In this document: piece by piece, positions 27,701-36,195 of the stretch
Numbering within the stretch: position 1 is the stretch's first letter
How the letters are laid out: each line of letters begins with the position of its first letter
DNA from: Candidatus Hydrogenedentota bacterium
GTDB taxonomy: Bacteria; Hydrogenedentota; Hydrogenedentia; Hydrogenedentales; JAEUWI01
Direction: 5' to 3'
DNA length: 52,792 nt
Assembly (NCBI GenBank): GCA_046047315.1
Contig: JBJOID010000178.1
Location: 1-52,792 of the forward strand
Notes under the pieces: generated by a model
Told to the model about the DNA's origin: nothing
What the model saw: only the letters and a program-made list of their open reading frames with translations
The model's database searches: none
Made by a program: the position numbers and the translations under genes

Positions 27701-28020
27701 AAGAAATGGCGCAGGAGTTGCAGGATCGCTTTGGCCCTCCGCCCGCGCCCGTGAAGCGCCTGCTCGACGTGATGCGCGCGCGCGCCTTGGCGGGCGAGGC
27801 CGGGGTGCGCAGCATGGCCGCGAGCGACGGCACGGTGATTATCACGCTGGACGCGGCACGAATGATTGACCAGGAGCAGCAGGGCGAACTGCGCCAGGCC
27901 TTCGGCGACGACATCGCCATCGAGTGGCACAACGCCCCGGCGTTGCGCCTGAAGCACGACCAGGAGAACCCCGCGAAAGCCGTAATGCCGCTTCTAAAGC
28001 TGCTGGCCGAGGCGGTCTAG
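24760..28020 (+). CDS. mfd: Transcription-repair coupling factor
   Basis: UvrB-homology N-terminus, CarD-like [13 protein letters not shown], helicase motifs [11 protein letters not shown] and [12 protein letters not shown] motif region and C-terminal D7 domain. Start at MPLKLNQ (24760). Confidence 0.95.
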   Translation: MPLKLNQLSAIDAVVEALSKKPHRADLVGPWGSAKSVAAMQAAEAMGRPMLFLCAGRIEAEAVYEDLATFAGEERVALFPAWEVLPSDTMNPSDDIVAERLDTLRRLATALEQEQRMMVVMPVRSLMQRVIPRKQLEEGTLSLRCGQEIDLDALLERLIKLGYTREVMVENRGEVSVRGGIVDIFPISAELPFRFEFFGDEIESIRRFEPETQRSVSSEEGVQILPRSEKALLTKLEKQGGLDALTSYLPKDTLVVIDEIPAVLDEAHIVERQAAGSRHVMTWEEAEKALDPFAQLNLAQVALERDEKLSRVKMPSTSIAGWAGHAQDFWDQLNRWGADGYTVQLICVNSGERRRLYELLEEKGYRPGQEGFDLRVDIGRLRAGFTIPQDKLAVLSEKEMFGRHYVRRKRRRFEAGSMITQFSDLKSGDYVVHVEHGIGRYLGLKRFDGKSSDFMMLQYRGGDTVYVPVTQIDQVQKYVAGEGAVPRVDKVGGASWRNAKATVKKAVRDMTAELVKLYAAREQSQGFAFSTDTPWQKEFEDSFQYDETPDQLRAIEEVKRDMESPRPMDRLLCGDVGYGKTEVALRAAFKAVQDGKQVAVLAPTTVLTQQHYATFTERMADFPVRIELLNRFRTDRQQHETIERLKSGEVDIVIGTHRLVSKDVHFKDIGLVIIDEEQRFGVVQKERLKQMRNQVDVLTMSATPIPRTLHFSLIGVRDMSVINTAPNDRLPIHTCIETWDKNLIKEAIERELAREGQVFFLHNRVNTITQVAAQINELVPRAKVEVGHGQMHKHELEEVMGRFIERQCDVLVCTTIIGSGIDIPNANTIIIDRADHFGLSELYQIRGRVGRYKHRAFAYLLVPGDRALTEDAQERLKALEDFSSLGAGFRIAMRDLEIRGAGNLLGGDQSGHISSVGYETYRELIEECVSEHRGVAVRRVQLPAFDLKVEAHIPEAYVPTAQQKMTLYRRIAHLKSMDEVEEMAQELQDRFGPPPAPVKRLLDVMRARALAGEAGVRSMAASDGTVIITLDAARMIDQEQQGELRQAFGDDIAIEWHNAPALRLKHDQENPAKAVMPLLKLLAEAV

Positions 28021-28107
28021 CAGAACGCCGCGCCTCAATTTTCGGCAACGGATAGGCTTGCAAAGCGCTTCCCGCGCCAGCACAATGGGCGGCTCGAAGA
28101 GGAAGCC

Positions 28108-29073
28108 ATGAAACAGTTTCTAGCCAAGCATTCTCCCTTGTTTATCCTCGCGGTGCTCTGCGCCGGGCTTGCCTTGTACTCCCCGGAATTCCGCAGTCAG
28201 GCCAATTTGAAAAGCGTGGCCGCGCGTACCTCGGAGATTGGCGTGCTGGCGACAGGCGAGCTGCTGGTCATCCTCACCGGCGGCATCGATCTTTCGGTGG
28301 GCAGCGTGGCTGCGTTGGGCGGGGTGGTGGGCTGCATGGCGATGAAGGCGCTCGCGAGCGGAGTTCTTGAGTCCGCCCCCGGAGTCGCTGTCTTCGTCGG
28401 CATTTTCGCTGGCGCCCTGCTTGGATTGGGCTGCGGTCTGGTTAACGGGCTCCTTATCACGCTGGGCCGCATACCGCCCTTTATCGTCACGCTCGGCATG
28501 ATGATGGTCGCGCGCGGGGCTTCACTCATTCTATCGGAAGGCAAGCCCATCTACGGCCTGCCCGACTCCTTCTATTGGCTTGGCGGTGGGAAGGCGTGGT
28601 GGGTGCCGGTGCTCGTGACGGTGGTTATCGTGGCGGTGGTCACAGTCACGCTGAACTTCTCCCGCTTCGGGCGGGGGCTTTTCGCCATTGGCGGCAACAT
28701 GCAGGCTGCCCGCCTTTCGGGCCTGCCGGTAGACTTCTACCGCACGGCGGCTTTCGCCATCAGCGGGGCGTTGGCGGGTTTCGCGGGGGTGATGCTGGCC
28801 TCGCGCACCAGCGTGGCCGCCCCCACGGCGGCGGAGATGTATGAGCTGCACGCTATCGCGGCCTGCGTGATTGGCGGCGCCAGCCTGATGGGCGGTGAGG
28901 GCAGCGCAGTGGCCGCACTGGCAGGCGGCCTGATCATGATGGTGCTGCAAAACTTCTGCAATCTGCAGGACATTCAGCCGTACTGGCAGCAGGTGCTTGT
29001 GGGCTCCCTCATCGTCATGCTCGTCTACTACGACAACTGGCGTAAGCGGCGTTCGGGTCTGTTGGGCGATTAG
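28108..29073 (+). CDS. Sugar ABC transporter permease (RbsC/AraH family), solitary
   Basis: Motifs LVILTGGIDLSVGSV, PPFIVTLGMMMVARG, IGGNMQAARLSG. No ATPase or binding-protein gene lies adjacent. Confidence 0.85.
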   Translation: MKQFLAKHSPLFILAVLCAGLALYSPEFRSQANLKSVAARTSEIGVLATGELLVILTGGIDLSVGSVAALGGVVGCMAMKALASGVLESAPGVAVFVGIFAGALLGLGCGLVNGLLITLGRIPPFIVTLGMMMVARGASLILSEGKPIYGLPDSFYWLGGGKAWWVPVLVTVVIVAVVTVTLNFSRFGRGLFAIGGNMQAARLSGLPVDFYRTAAFAISGALAGFAGVMLASRTSVAAPTAAEMYELHAIAACVIGGASLMGGEGSAVAALAGGLIMMVLQNFCNLQDIQPYWQQVLVGSLIVMLVYYDNWRKRRSGLLGD

Positions 29074-29085
29074 CTCCGAGCCCGG

Positions 29086-31140
29086 CTATTCCTTCCGCGC
29101 CCCGCCCCAGCGGTGATGCAGCCGCATGTCGGCCTCGTCCGGCGATAGCCAGGCATAGAGGAAAAACGGCAAGGCCTCGGGGTGGCTGAATTCAGAGATG
29201 CCTTCAACGCAGTCCCCGCAGGAATCGGGCACTTCAATCCCCTTGAACCGCGCGCGGGCCACTGTGAGGTTCAGATTCACCCCGTCCGGCGTTGCGCCTT
29301 CCGGGTTAACATAAGAAGCCGCGAGATAAACCGGGAAGCAATAGGTCAGCGGACCTCCAGAATCGGCGAGATGTTCGGGCAGCGTCACGGTTTCGCTAAA
29401 ATCACTCCCTCCCGCCTTGGCGTCATAGAGCATGCGGAATTCACTGGGTATCCTTCCCGCCTTAAATTCGACCGCCAGCAAGGTGGAGGGACTCTCCATC
29501 AGATTCCTATTTCCGGCGGCGGCTTGCTCAATCGAGAGCCGGGGCGCAAGGAGCTCCCCCCCCACTGTTTCGCTCTTCTCAACCCCAAGCTCCGTCCTTG
29601 CGGACTGGCGATACTGTTCCATCAAGCCACGCACTTGGTGATGCTGATGCAGGCGAAGCAGCGTCATCGCAGACAGAATCACCACAAGCATACCGAGGAC
29701 GAATGCCGCCCCCTTTCGGGCGCTAAAGGATGATGGCGTCGCCCAAATCTTCCTCGCGCCAACCGCGCAGGCTATTACGAACCACGGCGCAATGAAGGCC
29801 AGGTGAAATGCATGGCGGAACTGGAAGAGGACGCTGGTGTATCCCGTGAAGTAGAGGCCAAGAAGGAGGAGCGCAAGGGCAGACTGCGGACGAATCCCTC
29901 CCAGCCCAGCCACCACGAGGAGCGCGGCAAGGGGGCCCGCCCATCCCAGCAACCACGCTGGAAAGCCATAGACTGGAACCAGCACCCGATACCATGCATT
30001 GTCTGTGAGGGGAGAACCCTCGAGCTCGATGGGCGCCATGGGTAAGGTCTTAAAGGAAGCCCAAACGGCGGCGAAGGCACGCAGCGCCAGATCATAGGGG
30101 AAAGTTCTAGCCACCTGCCGGAAGTAGGCGCGTCCTGCCTCTCCATAGGCCGGGCTGAGATACTGCTCGATTGGCTCCTGAAAGCCGTTGCGCTGGGCAT
30201 GATTCGTGATCACCGCATGCACGAGTGTATCGCTGGTGGTCGGCAAGAGGGCGTAGCTCCCCCCTCCCACGCCCAGCCGGGCCATGGCCTCGGTGGATAA
30301 GCCCTGCGCAAGACTATGGCTGGATACAGCACCGTTCTCGGCAAGCACCGCCCGAAGAACCGGATAACCGCTCACCAGAAACGCCACGGGAACCAGCGCC
30401 GCACAGGCGAGCCGTCGCCGCCACGACAAATCCGGCCCATGGGAAATAAGCGCCACGCCCAGGATTGCGGGGGGAATGCAAGCCAGAAAGTCCTGTCGAA
30501 ATCCGAGCCCGATGCCGCATAGCATCCCAAGCGCCACGGCAGCGGCAAGGCATTGCCGATAGCCTAGCGGGCGCGAGGCCAACACGCCGAGGATAAGCAG
30601 GATTCCAAGAAAGAAGGGCATCTTACAAAAATCGCGCACCGACGGGAGCATGGCCATCACAGGGGGCGAAAGCATTACGAAGGTGCAGGCGAGGCTCGAC
30701 GTAAGGGGCCTGGACAGCAGCCGAAAGAGCCCATAGAGCAACACGGCCGACAAGATATGGGAAAGCAGGGGAACAATCTTGATGGTCTGCCAGGACACGC
30801 CGAACAGACGCCATACCCACCCCACGCTGTAAAGCAGATATCGGTGGGTGCTGGAAAAGGAATCAAGATCCCAAGTCTTCACGTCAGGGGGAAGAGTGGT
30901 CGCGTCAAAGGTCAACGTTTGTTGCAGCAGAAATTCGGGCAATCCCGGCGCGCTTGCCGGAACCGGCGCCGTCAGTCCGTGTCCTGTCGCCACCATGATC
31001 GCGGGGCTGAACCAGGTCGGCTCGGGACCGTGAGACGGGCTCATGGGGCCGGTGAAAGCGAAGAGATACACCGAGGAGGCGATTCCGCACACGAGTGCAA
31101 CCACGGCGGCGGCAATCAGATCGTTTCGAAATGCCTTCAC
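29086..31140 (-). CDS. Large polytopic membrane protein, putative GT-C-type (ArnT/PMT-like) glycosyltransferase
   Basis: 684 aa. About 12 hydrophobic segments in the first 480 aa or so, followed by a soluble C-terminal domain. GTGA overlap with the upstream SGNH gene. Family assignment is by architecture only. Confidence 0.6.
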   Translation of the reverse strand: MKAFRNDLIAAAVVALVCGIASSVYLFAFTGPMSPSHGPEPTWFSPAIMVATGHGLTAPVPASAPGLPEFLLQQTLTFDATTLPPDVKTWDLDSFSSTHRYLLYSVGWVWRLFGVSWQTIKIVPLLSHILSAVLLYGLFRLLSRPLTSSLACTFVMLSPPVMAMLPSVRDFCKMPFFLGILLILGVLASRPLGYRQCLAAAVALGMLCGIGLGFRQDFLACIPPAILGVALISHGPDLSWRRRLACAALVPVAFLVSGYPVLRAVLAENGAVSSHSLAQGLSTEAMARLGVGGGSYALLPTTSDTLVHAVITNHAQRNGFQEPIEQYLSPAYGEAGRAYFRQVARTFPYDLALRAFAAVWASFKTLPMAPIELEGSPLTDNAWYRVLVPVYGFPAWLLGWAGPLAALLVVAGLGGIRPQSALALLLLGLYFTGYTSVLFQFRHAFHLAFIAPWFVIACAVGARKIWATPSSFSARKGAAFVLGMLVVILSAMTLLRLHQHHQVRGLMEQYRQSARTELGVEKSETVGGELLAPRLSIEQAAAGNRNLMESPSTLLAVEFKAGRIPSEFRMLYDAKAGGSDFSETVTLPEHLADSGGPLTYCFPVYLAASYVNPEGATPDGVNLNLTVARARFKGIEVPDSCGDCVEGISEFSHPEALPFFLYAWLSPDEADMRLHHRWGGARKE

Positions 31141-32636
31141 GGAAGCATTCCCAAGGCAGCAAGTGCGGGTTCATCCCCGGGGTACACCTCTAATAGCCGT
31201 TCGAACAATGCGCGCGCCCGGTCTGGTTCAGCCCGTAACCCCGCCACGCGCGCTTCGGCGCGGAGCGTGGCGCAGGCACAGGGCTGTCGGCGCTTCATAG
31301 CCTCCGCCGCCTCGGCCGCCTCCGCGTGCATGCCTCCGTGGAAGCTGGCGTCAAACCATCCGCGCAATAGCTGGAGGTCACTTGGTCGAAGGGCCAGCGC
31401 ATTCTCATACCCCTGGGCAATCGCCACCACACTGAGATCGACTGCTCCCCCTTCCAGTTCGACTAGCCGCTCGCGCAACTTCTGCTTCGACGGTTCATCG
31501 AATCCGGCGTTTATTTGCAGGCGCAGCAGCGCCGCCTCGGCGGCTGGCGTCCATGCCAGCAACTCCGCCACACGGTCCCGTGGCGGTGGAAGCGCCTTGG
31601 GCAACTTCGGAGCAAGGGCATTCAACACGGCATCAAACATCGCGCATGCCACGACGTAGTTCCCTTCGAAACGAAAATGAATATTGTCCGTGAAAAACTC
31701 ATAGTCCGGCGTCCCCCCCGGCGCGGCGTCGTGGAGTGCCTGATCCACGTTGGCCAGCTCGGCGCCCATGCTTTTCGCCGTGCTCATCGCGATCTGGTTC
31801 AAGGGCGTGCCAGCGGGAGAATCCGGTGTCAGGCCGGGCGCGCCGAAACTCCGGTTGTGCGACAAGGTGCAGACCACGGACGCGGCACCCGAATCATTCG
31901 CCGTTTCGAGCATGGCCGTAAGGTTCAACTGAAACAGATCGTTGACGCGGTCGTGGTCCACCATGCCCGGCACCGACGCCGCGAGTTGTTCCGGTGTGGG
32001 CGAGGCCCAGGGACGATTCCCGCGGGCCGTGGCCCACTGAACCAGTCGCAAGTCGTTGAGGGCGATCAGAGCCTGAACGACGGGCGGGCTCCATAGCGGG
32101 CCGAGTGAGGGCATAGCCGTGCTCGCCCCATACGGGCCGATGGCCTCGTTGTTGCCCATGTAGATCACGAAGCAGTCGGGCGAAAAAGCGGCCGCCTCGG
32201 CGGCGGTACGGCGAAGGACGTGCGAATTCATGCCGGGGCAGGAGGCGTTGTAGACCTCGAAGTCCCGCTCGGGAAACCGATCCGCCAACATCACCTCCAG
32301 CATACGGACGGCGGAACGTTCACCGAAAAGAGCCGACTCACCGAAAGCGAAGATTCGAATCGTGTCGCTGTCCTTTTCCGCCGGCAGGACGAAGTCCAAC
32401 TCATCCCAATTCAGGAAATCCCGGATGGGAATGCGAGAAAACTGTTGATAAAAGGCACGGTTTGGAGTGAAGACCCCGGCAGAATCGCATTCGCGTCGCA
32501 GCAGCCAAGCGGTGGAGGAACCCACGCCTGCAGCGCGCAGGCCCAGCTCCAGCACAGTCAACAGAAGCAAGGGAAGGGCGGCGTAAAGCAGCGCTGCCAG
32601 AAACAAGCGTCGCGCCAGCAACATCCCCGGTTTCAC
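31137..32636 (-). CDS. SGNH/GDSL-like hydrolase or acyltransferase-esterase with N-terminal TM anchor and C-terminal TPR-like region
   Basis: Block I-like IRIFAFGESALFG, block III-like VIYMGNNE, block V-like FTDNIHF. TM helix near the N-terminus. The helical C-terminus ends ERLLEVYPGDEPALAALG. GTGA overlap with the upstream GT2 stop. Confidence 0.7.
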   Translation of the reverse strand: MKPGMLLARRLFLAALLYAALPLLLLTVLELGLRAAGVGSSTAWLLRRECDSAGVFTPNRAFYQQFSRIPIRDFLNWDELDFVLPAEKDSDTIRIFAFGESALFGERSAVRMLEVMLADRFPERDFEVYNASCPGMNSHVLRRTAAEAAAFSPDCFVIYMGNNEAIGPYGASTAMPSLGPLWSPPVVQALIALNDLRLVQWATARGNRPWASPTPEQLAASVPGMVDHDRVNDLFQLNLTAMLETANDSGAASVVCTLSHNRSFGAPGLTPDSPAGTPLNQIAMSTAKSMGAELANVDQALHDAAPGGTPDYEFFTDNIHFRFEGNYVVACAMFDAVLNALAPKLPKALPPPRDRVAELLAWTPAAEAALLRLQINAGFDEPSKQKLRERLVELEGGAVDLSVVAIAQGYENALALRPSDLQLLRGWFDASFHGGMHAEAAEAAEAMKRRQPCACATLRAEARVAGLRAEPDRARALFERLLEVYPGDEPALAALGMLP

Positions 32637-33613
32637 TCCCCGTGCGCCGGCATGCGCAGGGCGGGTTCCCTGCGTAGAACTGTGCGCACCGCATAGCCGG
32701 GCTGGTCGCGCAGCATCACGAAACAGCGAATAGTGAACTCTCCCACGAGGCTGAGCACCGCGAGTAGGACAATGAGCGCGAAGGCGATGGCGTTGAGGAT
32801 GAGGCCATTGGTGACTTCAGCCAGCACACTGAACGGAGAAAAGAATCCAGCCAGGATTCGGATCACGAACAAGAGTCCGAGGGCGGTGCATCCGGCGGCA
32901 ATGAATTGAAAGGGACGCTGAGACAGCTTTACCAGATTCTCCATGTTGTATTTCCAAAGCTTGGAAAAGGTCCAGCCGGACTTGCCATGGGGACGGGCAC
33001 GGTGCGAGACCGGCACTTCAGCACAACGACCCGCGCGCGCAATGATGTCGACATTGCTGAAAATGCGGTGCGGGCCCAGCTCGAATGCGCGAATCAGGTT
33101 GCCATGGAAAAACTTGAAGGTGCAGCCGAAGTCCCGCAGTTGGCTGTCCGAAGCCTTGCGCATGATGACGTTCGCCAGTTTCGAGGGAATGATGCGGAGC
33201 AGCGAGTCCTGTCGTTCCTCCCGATATCCGGTGACCACGTCATAACCCTTGTCGAACTCGACAAGCAGGTTGGGGATTTCCTCAGGATTCAGTTGTAAGT
33301 CGCTGTCCATGATGAAGAAATGCTTGCCGCTCGACTCGGCGATGGCGGCGGTGGCGGCCGCCATCTGGCCCGCATTCTTGAAAAAGTCCAGCACCGCCGT
33401 GACCTCGGGATGGCGCTCGAACAAAGCCGCCAGTTTGGGCCATGTACCATCGGTGCTGCCATCATTCACCATGACAATCTCGTAACTGCGACCTGTTCCA
33501 TCCCACGCCTGCTTAAGACGCGCAAAGAACTCCTCGATCGTCTTTTCCTCATAGTGGCAAGTCACCAGCACCGAGAACTCGGGACCGTGCCACGGCGCAT
33601 CCTGGGCATTCAT
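32633..33613 (-). CDS. GT2-family polyprenyl-phosphate glycosyltransferase (GtrB-like)
   Basis: Motifs SVLVTCHYEE, MVNDGSTDGT, IMDSDLQLNPEE, plus two C-terminal TM helices. Start 33613 overlaps the upstream methyltransferase stop (ATGA). Confidence 0.88.
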   Translation of the reverse strand: MNAQDAPWHGPEFSVLVTCHYEEKTIEEFFARLKQAWDGTGRSYEIVMVNDGSTDGTWPKLAALFERHPEVTAVLDFFKNAGQMAAATAAIAESSGKHFFIMDSDLQLNPEEIPNLLVEFDKGYDVVTGYREERQDSLLRIIPSKLANVIMRKASDSQLRDFGCTFKFFHGNLIRAFELGPHRIFSNVDIIARAGRCAEVPVSHRARPHGKSGWTFSKLWKYNMENLVKLSQRPFQFIAAGCTALGLLFVIRILAGFFSPFSVLAEVTNGLILNAIAFALIVLLAVLSLVGEFTIRCFVMLRDQPGYAVRTVLRREPALRMPAHGE

Positions 33614-34362
33614 GCGATTTCCTCCGGCACGCACACGGCAAAAAGCGACCCGCATAAGTCCGGGTATTCCAACCCCATCCGGTAAAGCCCCTCGACTTGC
33701 GCATCACCGAGGATGCCATGGGCGAAGAGCTGGTCCATCTGGAAATCGGCCAGCAGCTTGAGCATCAGCCCTCCCTGCGCCATGATCCTAAAGCCGCCGG
33801 CATCAAAGTCCCGGTTCAGCGCCGCCCGATCATAGACCCGGCGGTGCCCATGGTTGTGATCATTTCGTGTGAGCGCATAAAGATTGTCGATGAGGCCCAT
33901 GTGCAGCGCGAGCTGGCGCGACAGGGCGCGCGCGTTGGGCACCGCCACGAAAAGGCGTCCGCTGGGTTTTAACACGGCGCGGGCAAGGCGCAGTACGTCG
34001 GACGGATTAACCACATGCTCGAGCACATACAGCGCAAAAACCGCGTCATAGCGGGGCGCGTCCTCCGGCAGGGCGAAATCCTCGAACAGGCATTCATGGA
34101 CCAGGCTTCCCTCGCGCGCGGCAAGGCGCGCCATTTCAGCGAAGGAAGGCTCACCCTCCACAACATCGAACACGGAGACCAACCTGGAAAGCAGGGCCGA
34201 ATCGATCCCCTCGGAATAACCAAGTTGAAGCGCGCGAAAGCCTGGTTCGAGGAACGGGGCAAAGGTCCTGACGGCGAGCTCCCGGATGGTGCGGTCCTGT
34301 GCGGAGCCGCGCTGGTAAGTGTCTCTGACGGACTGCAAAAACGCTTTCTCATCATGCGGCAT
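33610..34362 (-). CDS. Class I SAM-dependent methyltransferase
   Basis: Motif I region ALQLGYSEG, then YDAVFALYVLEHV and LKPSGRLFVAVPN. Confidence 0.82.
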   Translation of the reverse strand: MPHDEKAFLQSVRDTYQRGSAQDRTIRELAVRTFAPFLEPGFRALQLGYSEGIDSALLSRLVSVFDVVEGEPSFAEMARLAAREGSLVHECLFEDFALPEDAPRYDAVFALYVLEHVVNPSDVLRLARAVLKPSGRLFVAVPNARALSRQLALHMGLIDNLYALTRNDHNHGHRRVYDRAALNRDFDAGGFRIMAQGGLMLKLLADFQMDQLFAHGILGDAQVEGLYRMGLEYPDLCGSLFAVCVPEEIA

Positions 34363-34365
34363 GGC

Positions 34366-35655
34366 TCAACGTCTCCAGTCCAGCAAAGCCTCGATGGCCT
34401 CCGCCCCGAAGACCGGAACCCCGCGACGCTGGTGCACCTCGCGGCGCTCGGCGTAAGAATCGTCAATGAAGATCGATTCCTTCTCTTGGACGTAATCACT
34501 TTTGCGCTCTTCCCGCCGCAGGTGATGCAAGGCGTCGAAGAGCCCTGAAATCCCCCAATGTTCCAACAGGGCGCGTGGCTCTCCCGCATGGCGGGTCAAC
34601 AGGGTAACCCGCACTCCCCGGTTCCGGCACTGGGCGAGAAAGGCGATGGTCCACGGGTCCAGCCGTCCGCCACGCACCACGGTGTCGTCGAGATCGATGT
34701 AGACTTCGCGGTAGTCTGGTATGCCCGCATAGCGGTTGATGAGTGCGCGATCCATCTCCAATCGGAGTTCTTGTTCCAGTATGTCAATCGGCATTCCGAG
34801 TGCATCGAACACGCTCAATAAGGGAAGGTTTACGCCCTGAGCACGGAACAGCCCGGAGCTGCCGCTCACGCGCCCGGCCACTTCCATGAGGACTGGTTCC
34901 CCCAAAGCATTCTCTTTCAACTGATAGAACCAGGCACCGCGCAAGCCCAGCCTTTCATGGATGGCTTTCGCCCATACAACGGCCTGCGGCGACTCCACCT
35001 GCCGCGTGTGGGTGGCGATGCCGCTGGACTGCCTTATCCGCTGGCGCGCCGCCGCGAAGCGCAACTGTCCAAAGCCGTCGCTGAAGCAATCCACCGTATA
35101 CTCCCTGCCGGGCAGGTACTCCATCAACAGCAGCGAAGGGTCACGCTCCAGCGCCGCCTCGGCCTGCTTGCGCGAGTGGGCGATTACCACCCCGCGAGAA
35201 CCCTGTCCCCGGTCCGGCTTGAGAAATACCGGCAGCGGGAAGGACTCGTCCAGGCAATAGACGCGCGGTGTGGGAACAACACCACTGAGCTGCGCGTAAG
35301 TGCCTCCCTTGCTTCGACATACATCCGCAGCCTGAGGACCCGGCCCCACGACGGGACAGTCGAGGCCTTCCATGCGCGACAAGGTGTAAACAACGTCGTC
35401 ATGAGCTGGATATAGGAGATCGATATCCGCCTCGGCTATCAGCCGGTTTAGAGCGTCCCGAAGGGCTGGGTCGTCATGGAAGGGCAGGTCATCATGGTGT
35501 TCCGCATAGAGCATTCGGCCATGGTGCGAGGATACACTGGAAGCTCCGACAGGTTGCACATGGATCGAATCCGAGAGAGCGCGATGGATTTCCAGGCCAA
35601 TCTCGGTGCCGCATGGAAACACCAATACCCGCGTTCGCCGCGTCGTGTCCGCCAT
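34366..35655 (-). CDS. ATP-grasp enzyme fused to a C-terminal HAD-like phosphatase domain
   Basis: ATP-grasp pattern CRSKGGTY ... FLKPDRGQGSRGV ... LLMEYLPGREYTVDCF ... MEVAGRVSGS. C-terminal HAD motif I-like YIDLDDTVV and FIDDS. Start at MADTTRR (35655). Confidence 0.78.
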   Translation of the reverse strand: MADTTRRTRVLVFPCGTEIGLEIHRALSDSIHVQPVGASSVSSHHGRMLYAEHHDDLPFHDDPALRDALNRLIAEADIDLLYPAHDDVVYTLSRMEGLDCPVVGPGPQAADVCRSKGGTYAQLSGVVPTPRVYCLDESFPLPVFLKPDRGQGSRGVVIAHSRKQAEAALERDPSLLLMEYLPGREYTVDCFSDGFGQLRFAAARQRIRQSSGIATHTRQVESPQAVVWAKAIHERLGLRGAWFYQLKENALGEPVLMEVAGRVSGSSGLFRAQGVNLPLLSVFDALGMPIDILEQELRLEMDRALINRYAGIPDYREVYIDLDDTVVRGGRLDPWTIAFLAQCRNRGVRVTLLTRHAGEPRALLEHWGISGLFDALHHLRREERKSDYVQEKESIFIDDSYAERREVHQRRGVPVFGAEAIEALLDWRR

Positions 35656-35773
35656 GGCCAGCCCTTGCCTCCCGCTCGTGAAACCGCATGATACGGCAGC
35701 CACCTCGGCAGGGCAACCCGGAAGCCGACCGGGATTTCCATGACAACGCCATTCCGGCTATACTGCCAACGGG

Positions 35774-36133
35774 TTGTACAAGGTCCACGGGGAACGCGTC
35801 ATGTTGAAAGATCGGATGGTCCGGGTCAAGCTTAAGAAGCATTTCCACGAACAAAAGCCCATTTCTTTTGTGGGAAAATGCACGGCCTTTAGCGAGAACT
35901 GGCTGGTTATCGAGGGCAAGACCCTTATGGTGGCCCGCCATGTGCCGAACAGTGTGCAGATCGACGCGCATGCCGCGCATCATGTCATCGCCCGCGACAA
36001 CGTGGAATCCATCCGCGTGCTGCCCGACAACTTCGATATCGCCAATCTTTCCATCACCACCGAAGGACAGCAACTGCGCCTCGTGGTGGATGGCAAACGC
36101 GACTGCTTTATCGGCGAGATGGGTGAAGGCTAA
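35774..36133 (+). CDS. Small hypothetical cytoplasmic protein
   Basis: 119-codon ORF with a TTG start in the track. An alternative ATG lies at 35801. No recognised motif. Sits 62 nt upstream of the TPR/CHAT-like gene on the same strand. Confidence 0.45.
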   Translation: MYKVHGERVMLKDRMVRVKLKKHFHEQKPISFVGKCTAFSENWLVIEGKTLMVARHVPNSVQIDAHAAHHVIARDNVESIRVLPDNFDIANLSITTEGQQLRLVVDGKRDCFIGEMGEG

Positions 36134-36195
36134 GCGCCCTCCGCGTTTCCAAGGCACCTTGTTCGTTAATGAATCTATTTCCTGAGGGATATTTC

